64,000 nucleotides of DNA from assembly GCA_965209155.1 (NCBI GenBank), contig OZ242383.1:896001-960000 (forward strand), in the 5' to 3' direction. Shown here piece after piece: positions 38,932-48,900 of this stretch. This DNA is from a bacterium. Its GTDB lineage: Bacteria; SAR324; NAC60-12. The notes under the pieces are model-generated. The model was given only the letters and a program-made list of their open reading frames with translations, was not told the DNA's origin and made no database searches. How positions within the stretch are numbered: position 1 is the first letter of the stretch; each line of letters opens with the position of its first letter. The position numbers and the translations under genes are program-made.

Positions 38932-39947
38932 TAATCCTCTCCATGAGTGATGCGAGGATCTATCAGCGGATACAACATCTCTAATATGAGATTTGCGCTA
39001 AGGACTGCCATAACCGTCAGTAACAAGATTCCCTGCATAAGGTTGTAGTCAACGTTGCCTATTGCTAGTAAAAGTAAAGCGCCTATGCCGGGATAATTGA
39101 AGATGGTTTCCAATAGGATGGAGCCGTTCAAAACAAACCCCAACGCCATCCCCAATGCCGCCGCCTGGGGGAGGAGGGCGTTCCTGAAGGCGTACTTACT
39201 CAGAATAACGGACCTTTTCAGGCCTTTGGCTTCAGCCAGTAATGTGTAGTCTTCTCCCAGGGTGGTTATGATCAAAGATCTCATGGTAATAATCCAATAT
39301 CCGATGAAGCTGATTATTATAGAAAGGGCAGGCAAGGTGGCATGGTAAACGATATCCACTACCAGTCTTAAACCCTCATGCTGGGTCCCGATTACACTGA
39401 ACGCTCCTGTTGTTGGGAAAATGGGTAAAGTGTAGGCTAGAGAGAAGATGAGGATCAGGGCTATGAAGTAATAGGGAACCTGGTTGAGGCACAGGCTTAA
39501 ATATAAGATCGCTGAGTTGGTTTTAGATTCCCTCCTCCAGCCAACGAGTGCTCCAAGCAGGTTGCCAAGAACCCAACTGATAACGGTAGCGACAGCAAGG
39601 AGTCCTATCGTCCAGGGGATGGCCGTTATTAAGAGCTCTTGCACAGTCGTGGGGAAGGACATGATCGAAGGCCCCAGGTCACCTTGGAACAAATTTAGAA
39701 TATAGCTTTTATATTGAGTCAGCCAGCTTCCATCCAAACCGAACTGCTTTCTATACGCTTCTACTAGTTCTGGTCCATCCGCTGTCATGGCACCTGTTAT
39801 AGACATTTTACTCAACATGACTGTAATAGGATCTCCAGGGATTAGACGGGGAATAAAGAAATTAGCAGTAATTGCGACAAAAACCGTTATCATATACGGT
39901 ATCAACCTCCTCCCGATATATCTCATATATCTCATAAAAGCAGGCAT
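38931..39947 (-). CDS. Opp/Dpp-family ABC permease (OppB-like)
   Basis: PGDP, GDLGPS, EDYTLLAEAKGL, RNA, ETIFNYPGIG, IDPRI. Confidence 0.93.
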   Translation of the reverse strand: MPAFMRYMRYIGRRLIPYMITVFVAITANFFIPRLIPGDPITVMLSKMSITGAMTADGPELVEAYRKQFGLDGSWLTQYKSYILNLFQGDLGPSIMSFPTTVQELLITAIPWTIGLLAVATVISWVLGNLLGALVGWRRESKTNSAILYLSLCLNQVPYYFIALILIFSLAYTLPIFPTTGAFSVIGTQHEGLRLVVDIVYHATLPALSIIISFIGYWIITMRSLIITTLGEDYTLLAEAKGLKRSVILSKYAFRNALLPQAAALGMALGFVLNGSILLETIFNYPGIGALLLLAIGNVDYNLMQGILLLTVMAVLSANLILEMLYPLIDPRITHGED

Positions 39948-39987
39948 AACAGCTCTCTCTTAAGATTGACGTTGGACTCCGTCTGTA

Positions 39988-40028
39988 ATTCCCTCTCCCC
40001 TGAATGCCTTGGCAAGGAGAGAGGGAAT
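39988..40028 (-). terminator. Stem-loop after the solute-binding protein gene (terminator or mRNA stabiliser)
   Basis: ATTCCCTCTC...GAGAGGGAAT stem; near-identical copy at 55809-55849. Confidence 0.6.
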
Positions 40029-40047
40029 CGGGAGGTGGGCTTTCTAC

Positions 40048-41787
40048 TTACTTCCCTGAAGGTTCAAGGTTTAGCAGGAGGTGGAGGAAGCCAGGTTCCC
40101 AGTGGAACGGCGTACTGGTGGGGTTCTCTTCACTCGGGTAACCTTTCCAGTAACGGGTATCATAGGTTTGGGCCATACTTCGATAACCAATGACAGGTAT
40201 CACCGGCAAATCCTGCATCCAGGTCTTCATAGCATTTTTGAGTATAGACATTGCCGCAGGACTATCGGGACTTAAAGCGGTTAGCTGTTCTATAAGCCTG
40301 TCGAACTCAGGGTTTGAGTAGCGAGCTGCATTATGGTTGTAGTTTCCTCCCTGGCCTGCAGGTTCTCCTTTAGGGACTACAAATTTACTATGGTATGAAT
40401 ATAATATATCATAAGGGTCTACAGCTGCTATACCCTGCTGACCACAAATCCATACTGCCGCCAGGTCATACTCGCCACGATTCCACTGGTCTTGAAAGGG
40501 TGGATATTCCAAAACCTTATACGCTGCATCTATGCCTATTGCCTTTAGATCATCGCTTATACTCTGAGCCAAATTATTGAAACCGGGCACACTACTAGTT
40601 AAAACAACCCAGGATAAGCGGGTTCCATCCGCTGTTACCCAGATACCGTCGCTCCCTTTTTTATATCCTCGCTCCTTAAATATCGATTCCGACATCGCCG
40701 GGTCATATTTCGTGATATCGTACTTCTCTAAAATGTCCTTATACTCTTCCTCCCAGTCTGTCTTTCCTTGGTTGGGAAATGGCATTGTAGGAATATAATT
40801 TGCTCCTTCATCAGTTACGATATTCGCTTTATTTCTGTTAATAGCATAGGAAATGGCCCATCTGACCTCAGGGGAATCCAATGGAGGATTAAGATGATTA
40901 ACATATACACCCTTTACGCACCCGGCGGAAACAAACCAGGGTACCACATGCTTATTCTTCGCCATTACCGTCTCGACCTGGGACTTTGTGAACTCAGACC
41001 AGACATCCATCCTATGATTTATCTGCTCTATCATCATTATCTCGGCAGCTTCTGTTCCTGTGACGTTTATGAACTTTGCACCTACGGATTTCCCCAGCAC
41101 GTCAATTGCCCAGTAATTATCATTACGCTCCCAGATCGTATTTTCAGCCGTGGCACTAACGAGTCTGTAGGGACCGGTCCACACCGGGTTGGGAAAGTTT
41201 TTAAAGGTAGTCGGGTCAATTTCAGACCAAAGATGCTCTGGGACCGGGGGAGGGGTATTCGTTCCGATTATGGTCTGGTAGTGCAACCTTGGGTTTGGTC
41301 CTTTAAGCTTAATGAAAACGGTGTAATCGTCTACCTTCCTGACCTCTTTGTACCACTCCTTTATTGTTGTTGACCATCTCAATTTGGGTGCATGCTCTTT
41401 AATCATGTTGTAGGTGAAGACAACGTCGTCGGCATTAAAAGTCTCTCCGTCGCTCCATTTAACACCTTTCCTTAATTTAAGGGTTATGGTGTCATGGTTC
41501 GGACCGTACTCAAAACCCGTTGCAAGCCACGGCACAACCTCTCCTGTGACCCAGTTCAGGTACATAAGGCGTTCAGCATTCCAATCGTTCCCCGTCCTTT
41601 CCTGGTGGGTTGGAAGGTAGTTGTTCATTACCTCGTAGTTTGTAATCTTGTGTAACATCCTGACGATTAACGTTTCTTCTCTGGGTATCTCCTGTGCTAC
41701 TACCGGCATCGCCAGGAGGATTCCGGCCATCAGCACTATCGCCGAAAACACCATAGCTAACCTTTTTTTCATTTTTATCTTTTTCAT
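40048..41787 (-). CDS. Family 5 ABC solute-binding protein (oligosaccharide/peptide)
   Basis: Signal peptide MKKRLAMVF...AQEIPREETL, LRKGVKWSDGETFNADDVVFT, PVWTGPY; true start ambiguous among in-frame ATGs at 41772/41787/41814/41841/41868. Confidence 0.92.
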   Translation of the reverse strand: MKKIKMKKRLAMVFSAIVLMAGILLAMPVVAQEIPREETLIVRMLHKITNYEVMNNYLPTHQERTGNDWNAERLMYLNWVTGEVVPWLATGFEYGPNHDTITLKLRKGVKWSDGETFNADDVVFTYNMIKEHAPKLRWSTTIKEWYKEVRKVDDYTVFIKLKGPNPRLHYQTIIGTNTPPPVPEHLWSEIDPTTFKNFPNPVWTGPYRLVSATAENTIWERNDNYWAIDVLGKSVGAKFINVTGTEAAEIMMIEQINHRMDVWSEFTKSQVETVMAKNKHVVPWFVSAGCVKGVYVNHLNPPLDSPEVRWAISYAINRNKANIVTDEGANYIPTMPFPNQGKTDWEEEYKDILEKYDITKYDPAMSESIFKERGYKKGSDGIWVTADGTRLSWVVLTSSVPGFNNLAQSISDDLKAIGIDAAYKVLEYPPFQDQWNRGEYDLAAVWICGQQGIAAVDPYDILYSYHSKFVVPKGEPAGQGGNYNHNAARYSNPEFDRLIEQLTALSPDSPAAMSILKNAMKTWMQDLPVIPVIGYRSMAQTYDTRYWKGYPSEENPTSTPFHWEPGFLHLLLNLEPSGK

Positions 41788-41907
41788 AATAATTTCTCCA
41801 AATAATGATTTCATAATTATCTCCCAATTTATCTTTTTCATAATAATTTCTCCAAATAATGATTTCATAATAATTTCTCCAAATAATGATTTATAATTAT
41901 CTCCCAA
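41785..41907 (-). repeat. 27-bp-period tandem array of the RBS plus start codon
   Basis: Minus-strand GGAGA(A/T)A(T/A)TATTATG-like units with ATGs at 41787, 41814, 41841 and 41868, plus a degenerate fifth unit. Confidence 0.9.
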
Positions 41908-41967
41908 ATCTAGTTCTGCCCAGTGAAAATAAGTTTACAGTTAATCACATTCGATAATTTATGCAGT

Positions 41968-42075
41968 TGTCATTCCTGTGCTTGACCAGGAATCCGGGGG
42001 GTTTTCTGTGAATCCTGGATACCGGATCATCCTGGTCCCGGATCAAGTCCGGAATGATCCGGGACCGGCATGACA
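41968..42075. repeat. REP/MITE-like palindrome (TGTCAT...ATGACA) with nested inner palindrome
   Basis: GTCATTCC..GGAATCC..CTGGATACCGGATCA..CCGGCATGAC; inner perfect 12-bp stem GGTCCCGGATCA/TGATCCGGGACC at 42034-42066. Confidence 0.7.
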
Positions 42076-42342
42076 CTGTGGCTGTAAACGCGCTTTTGCC
42101 CTACGGCACTAGTTTTTTGGGGTTGAAGGAATAAACATTCTTTCTCTGCTAACGTGATTTCCCCATAGGCTTCTCCTGATACGATCAATTAGACTTTGAA
42201 CCACGCCATTAGCATGATCCAGAAAACCAGGGGACACGTAACAAGTACATCTCCCCAGTTTTTCTCCCATCCGCTGCTTCGGAAGGGGATGGATGGACAA
42301 ACAGCTCAGGGATACAGCATCCCAAAAACTCTCTTTCTAGCT

Positions 42343-42358
42343 TCAAGCAGTGTGCCAA
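42343..42358 (-). promoter_or_regulatory. Candidate sigma54 -24/-12 promoter facing the ABC operon
   Basis: Minus strand TTGGCACACTGCTTGA; TGGCAC-N5-TTG spacing is correct but -12 is GA rather than GC. Confidence 0.6.
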
Positions 42359-42432
42359 ATCTGAGACTATTCAGTTAACTTACTGTAATTATTATCTATT
42401 TTAAAAAAGGGGAGGGTTGGGTATGAGAAGCA

Positions 42433-42544
42433 AGTGTCTACATATATTGACACTACTAGATCGGAAAGAGAGGTTAACTCATTGATATTTAATATTTAAA
42501 CAACAAAATCTAGGTTTTAAGACATATGTCTCATATTCTGGACA
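42433..42544. promoter_or_regulatory. Candidate enhancer palindromes (TGTC-N10-GACA x2) and IHF site
   Basis: AGTGTCTACATATATTGACACT at 42433-42454 and TGTCTCATATTCTGGACA at 42527-42544; minus-strand TATCAATGAGTTA at 42475-42487 matches WATCAAN4TTR. Confidence 0.55.
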
Positions 42545-42648
42545 CTTTTATATTTATTTTATCTGATGAAACCATGTCCTTTGGGCGGGAATCCGAATGC
42601 GGCCCATCCTAGTCATGGTCAGAGATAATCGGCTCTGCCAGAAACGTG

Positions 42649-42821
42649 CCCGTGTTCGTAATCGTGCTCGTGCTCGTGCTCGATAGAAACGTTCCCGATT
42701 CCCTTGAGAGGAGGATTCCGAATAGAAGAGACGGCAGGGAATCCAGGATTCTCTGGGATACCGTTTCGTTCACGAGCACGAGTACGGCTCACGATTACGA
42801 TCACGAGACGCCCCTTCCAGG
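42649..42821. mobile_element. About 175-bp non-coding element with (CTCGTG)n/(CACGAG)n inverted termini, copy 1
   Basis: Its reverse complement aligns end to end with 61057-61230. Confidence 0.75.
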
Positions 42822-42845
42822 TCCTCATCAAAACCACCTTCTATG

Positions 42846-42887
42846 GCGGACGGCTAGTCGCGGACGGCTAGTCGCGAACGGCCAGTC
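42846..42887. repeat. 14-bp tandem repeat x3 (GCGGACGGCTAGTC)
   Basis: Two identical units and one with 2 mismatches. Confidence 0.85.
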
Positions 42888-42903
42888 AAGGTGAATTTTT
42901 TAC

Positions 42904-45900
42904 TTAAGGTCTTGGGATAGTACGAATTCCGTACTTTTTCATCTTATTGTAGAGGGCTGCGCGGGAGATTCCGAGGGCGGCAGCGGTTTTTACCTTGTGG
43001 CCCTGGGAATTTTTCAGGGCGCTGAGAATCGTCGCTTTTTCATAATCCGCAACGGCCTGATCCAGCGCCATTTTCCTGGGGTTGGTGTTATCTCTGAAAT
43101 TTGAAGTTTCGCTGATTTTGGAATTTATCCGTTCTCCCGGAAAATCAATCTCTCCCTGGGAGACATAGCGATGCAGGGTGTTTTGCAACTCCCGGACATT
43201 GCCCGGCCAATCGTAAACCTGCAGGGCTTCCAGAAATCCCGGTGTGATGGGCTTTCCTTTATGAAGCGATGCTGTGGATTTCAATAAATGCTCGACCAGC
43301 AGGGGGATATCCTCTTTTCTTTCCCGGAGCGGGGGCAGGCGAATGGGAAAGACATGAATCCGGTAATAGAAATCTTCTCGAATTTGCCCCGTCTTTACCC
43401 GATCACTCAGGTCCTGGTTTGAGGCTGCAATGAAGCGGATATCGGGCTTGATGACCTTGGTGGTGCCAACCGGGGTAAAGCCACTGCCCTCCAGGACACG
43501 AAGCAGTTTAACCTGCAGGTTCAGCCCGATATCGGCCAGTTCATCCAGGAACAAAGTGCCTTTGTCGGTCAGGTGCAGGAAACCGCGCTGATCGCTGTCG
43601 GCCCCGGTGAAAGCCCCTTTTTTGTGTCCAAAGAACTCGCTCTCGATCAGGTTTTCGGAGATGGCCCCGAGGTTCACCGGGAAAAACACTTGCTCCTTGC
43701 GGTCACTGGCCTCGTGAATGGCCCGGGAGACCAGTTCTTTCCCGGTTCCCGATTCGCCGTAGAGGATCACGTTCGCATCGGTGGCCGCCGCTTGTAAAAT
43801 CAGCTCATATACCCGTTGCATGGGCTCGCTTTTTCCGATAATGTCGCCAAACCGAAAGCGGTCTTTGCTGCGGGTTCGCAGGCGGACATTTTCTTCACGC
43901 AGGGAGGTTTCGCTCGCTTTCAGCTCGTCCAGCGCCTTTTTGAGGTTTTCGTGAAGCCTGGCGTTTTCCAGGGAAATGGCGATCTGGGAGCTAAGGTGTT
44001 TGATCACCTCGAATCGTCGGGAGGTGAAGGCTCCCTCAACCAGGTTGTTTTCCAGGTAAATGATTCCACTCAGGACGGACTGATGAGTGATCGGTGCGCA
44101 CAGGATGGATTTAGGACGTTCCCGTTTAATATAGTCATCCTCGACAAACCGTTCCTCCCGAGAGGCGTTGTCCAAAACCAGGTGTTCCCGGGTTTGTTTC
44201 ACCCAGGAGATGATCAAGAGGGAGATAGAGCCGACCTTTTCCACAGGCAGGGAAAGCGGTAGAAAACATTCGACCTGCTCGGCGCTCCCGCGGGCAGCAA
44301 TGAGAGACTGACCTTCGGTTTCCAGAATCAGGGTTGCTGTCTGGGCTCCGGCATTTTCCATGAGAATGCGGAGCAGGATCTCCAGCAGCGGTTCCAACTC
44401 AAGGGTACTGGAGATGGTCTCCGAGGCTTTGAGCATCGTTGCCAGGTCCAGGTTGGCCGAAGGAGACACCGCCCCTTCGGCACGATCATCGACAATCAAC
44501 CCGGGATATCGAGACTTCAGGTGCGCGACCTTCCGTTTTGCCCCCCAGGCTTCGTACTGCTCCATTGCTGAGTGCAGGTAAGACCTGGCGGCGGCGCTCT
44601 GCCTCTGGTTGAGCAAGTACCTGGCTGCCAGTTCATCGGCCAGGGCTTCCTCGTGGATAAACTCGCTCTCTCTGGCCAAAGCGATGGCCTGGTCATAGTG
44701 GTGCATAATGGTATCGGGTTCACCCTCCAAAATTCGCATCCGTTCGGCTTCCACCAGGTGATATTTATGCAAATAATTGGGCGGTGCGCAGCGCGCCAGT
44801 TTCTCCAATGTATCTTGATTGTCATCGACCTGGGTGAGGATCTCCTCCTTTTCCCCCTCGCTCCCCTGGCCGTAAACCGCCAGGAGAGCGAGGGATTGGT
44901 AGCAGTTGGCCAGGGGATCACCAAGGGAATCCTTGTAAGTTTTCATCAGGTTGATCATTTCAAAAACCGTCTCCCGGGCTGCTTCATATTCTTCGAACAG
45001 GTATTGCAGCACCAGCTTTTGGTAATTAAAATGGCTCTGTTCAGGATAGACGAACTCTGCACCTGTCACCCTGTGGTATTGATCCATGATGACGCTCGAC
45101 AGGGGCGAAGGTTCCTCCATTAGAATCGTGACCGCCTTCATCTGCATTTCGGCATGGCGAGACCCGAGAATAGAATCGATCTTCTTGAGAGCAAGCTTCA
45201 ACGTCGACAATTCCCCTTTCAGCCAATTCAGCTCCTTCCCGCACATAAACGCTATACGACACCTTGCGACGGCGCTAGCACCGGCATTGATGAAATCTCC
45301 CGTCTCGATTCCCATCTTATGAGCTTCCAGCAAGGGCTCCAATGACGCCGATAGCGGCTCCCGATAGAACCGGGTCGCGCCGTTGAAATACGTGGAAACT
45401 CTACAGTTTATTTCCTTCAGATCAAGCGCTTCCATGAGCTGTATGCCCAGACGAGCGAGTTCATAACCAAATTCAAAATCCTGCGTAAACACGCAATATA
45501 TAAATCCAAGGAGACAATAGAATTCGGGTGAATATTCAGGATAAAAATAATTGAGCAGAAAAGAGATACGTTTTGCAGCGATGGGCTGCCAAAGACCGTC
45601 ATCCAAGGTAGTCCCAGCCACGCCATATGGCATATGGAGCTCATACAGGATGTGAACAAGGACCTCGGCATCCGGTTGGGTGAGCGGCTCAAAGCGCATC
45701 ACGTCTGCGACGCTTTTACCGGCCAGGCTGGATTTGATTTGAACCAGGGTCTGCTGCCACTGGTCGGGAGACAAATGGCTCAGTTGACACCCCAATTTCT
45801 CTAGAATCTCCGCGCCTATTTCCATGGCCTTCTTTAATTCGCCCTGGGTCGTATACGCCTGGATCCGGTATCGATAAACATTGACCAGGTCCAGGTCCTT

Positions 45901-48900
45901 TTGGGCGTTGTCTTTTACGGCACCGGCCAGCTTCTCCATCAACTCGAAGCGTCCGCAGAGCCATGACATCTCCGTGGCGGCTTCATGCAGGGATAAGGCC
46001 AGGGGATATTGCCGTTTCCAGGCGGCAACCCCTAAAAGCTCCAGGCCGATGGTAAAATATTGCAGGGCCTGTTCAAAAGCCGAAGCCGCCCTGGCCTTAA
46101 GACCGGCTTCCAGGTTGAGTTCCGCCAGGTGCGATCGTTCTTTCGCCCTGTTGTTCACCCTCCGGGCCAGGTTGAGATGGTGGACGATGTCAAAGAGCAG
46201 ATTATCCCTTTCCTCCGGAGCGGATTGCTTGAGCAGGGTCTGACCGATTTGAAGATGGACCGACTGTCTCTCCTTTTCGGCAATGAGAGCATAGGCAGCC
46301 TGCTGCACCCGGTCATGCAGGAATTTGTAGCTGCCACCCTCAGTGTTCGCTCCGTCCGGGGGATTATCCGGCTGCGGAGCCTGGGAAAAATCGAGGATCA
46401 ACCCGGTTTCCAGGGCCGGCAACAGGTTCTCATAGAGCTCCTCGCTTCCGGATCCGCTGATCAGTTCCAACGATTCCAGGTCAAAGGTATTGCCGATGCA
46501 GGCCGCCAGGCTTAAGAGTCGCCTGGTTTCAGAGGAAAACCGGTGGAGCCGGTCTATCAGCAAATCCACCACATTCTCGGTCACCACCAGGAATTCGATG
46601 GCAGCCAGCTCCCAGGTCCATCGTTTTTCCTCAGGGGAGTAGCGGATCAGCTCCTTCTCGGAGAGTACGGTCAAGAACTGGCTCACAAAGAAGGGATTGC
46701 CGCCGGTTTTGCGCACCAGGACCTCTGTCAGCGGGTTTGCCTCCTCAGGACGGCAGTGGCAGGTTTGGACGAGCAGTTGTGAGATGTTCTCTGGGTTCAA
46801 GGGTTTTAAGGGAATCGTTTGCACAGGCTGGCCTGATTTTTTGATCACCTCACAACTGATCGTCAGCCGGTGGCCGGCATCCACCTCGTTGTCGCGATAG
46901 GCTCCCAGGAAGAGCAGAGGTTTCCCCTCTTGATCCTGAGCGATCCGTTCCATCAGCTTGAGGGTATCGGCGTCCACCCACTGCAAGTCGTCCAGAAAAA
47001 TAACCAGCGGATGGGTTTTTTCACAGAAAAGGTCGATGAAATCCAGTAAAACGGCAGTGAAGCGGTTCCGGGACTCCAGCGCTCCCATTTCCGGTAGCGG
47101 GGGTTGCGGGCCGATCACCTGTTCCAGTTCCGGAATCACCCGGGTTATCAGTTGTCCGTTGGGTCCCAGCGCTGCCCATATCCTGTTTTTCCAACGCTCC
47201 AATTCGGATTTGTCTTCAACCGGTATCTCCCGGGTGAGTCCCCGCAGCGCCTGGATCAGGGCGCTGTATGAGATATTGTGCCGGAGCTGATCAAATTTGC
47301 CGGAGATGAAGAAGCCATTTTTTTGGGCAACGGACCGGTGAATTTCACCGACCAGTGCGGTTTTACCGACACCGGCGGATCCCGAGACCAACACCATCTC
47401 GGTTGCTCCCTGGCTGACTCGCTCCAGGGCGGCCTCCAGGGCGGCGATTTCATCCTCCCGGCCGTAAAGCCCCGGGGCGATCTGCAGTTCTTTGGGAATG
47501 TCATGGCGGCCCAGGGGAAAATCGGACAGGTTTTCCTGGTTTTCCAGTTGCTCCACACATGCCAGGAGATCGGCTGAAAGGCCCGAGTGGCTCTGGTAGC
47601 GCGCCTCGGCACGCTTTGCCAGCAGTTTCATCACCAGGCGGGAAAGGACTCTGGGTACTTGCGGTTCAATCTCGTCAGGGAGTACAGGCTTCCGGGCAAT
47701 GTGAGCGTGGATAATTTCCATGGCCTCCCGGGATTCGAAAGGCACTCTCCCACTGAAAAGTTCATAAAGGGTAGCCCCCAGGGAATAAAAATCACTGCGA
47801 TAATCGAGGGGGCGGTTCATCCGGCCGGTCTGCTCGGGGGAGATATAGGGCAAGGTTTCCCCGCTTAGCTGGGGACTCAACGTCGTCAAATTTTCCTTAG
47901 GCAACCGGGTGGCCAGGCCGAAACCGCTCAGTTTGACCGTCCCCGATGCCGGATCGACAAAAATATTCAACGGATTGATCATTTTATGAAGAATACCCTG
48001 CCGGTGCACTTCTTTCAGGGTGCTGGTCAATGAAACCGCTATCTTCAGCGAGTCCAGCAGGTCGAGCCGGGCGGCATCCATCAGCTTTCTTAAAGGGAGC
48101 GCATCAGTATTTTCCAGGATCAAAGCCCATCCGTTTTCACACTGCGCCAGTTCCTCTGACCTGAGGACCCCATCGATCTCGAGAGCCTGAGTGATCTCAT
48201 GCTCATGCCGTATTTCTGCCAGCTCCTGGGCGCTCTGCTCGGAAGATGCCGCTCCCTTGATCAGGACCAAAAGCCCGTCGCTTTGCCGCTTGCCGCGCCA
48301 GAGCCGGGTCCGCCCACTTTCAAAAATGACCTCCTCCAGCGAGTAACCCGGGACCTCGGGTTTTTCCCCACTGGAAACGAACTTTGTTTTGTTCACAACT
48401 GGTTCAGGAGGTACAGAAGCCGCTTTATTCGCTTTGGCCGCAGATTTCCGCAGATTTCCGCGGATGTTAGATGCTTTGGGTTTAACAACCTGCTGCTTGC
48501 GGGGGGGCTTTTTTATCATCTCTTCGACGAATTCCTTTTCAAAGGTTTCCTCTTCAGATTGGTGGATAATTTCTATCTTCGTGTCATGGAGTCTGCAAAC
48601 CTCTTCCAACAGTTCAAAGTCAAAGCGAAGCAAACGCTCTTTGCGGAGGACGTAGATCGTTTCTGCTTGATTATTGATGATGGTGAAGAGCAATTGTTTC
48701 CATCCTGGCTTCTTGTCGTTGATGCCACCTCCGATATCCGTGATGATTTGATAGGGGCTTCCTTGAAGCGCAAGATAGGATTCAATCAATTGTTCTTCTC
48801 TGAGAAGATCATCTTGTTGATGAGGGGAATCCACACACGCATACCCTAGATTGATCCTGTTTTTGGGTTGATCGTTCTGGAGGACTTGTGCCAGTTGTTC

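Noticed and set aside
41785..41907. CRISPR array
   Set aside because: Head-to-tail 27-bp units with no unique spacers; no cas genes in the window
42619..42894. Short ORFs with EHEHEH / VLVLV repeats
   Set aside because: Translation of the hexamer arms of the non-coding element
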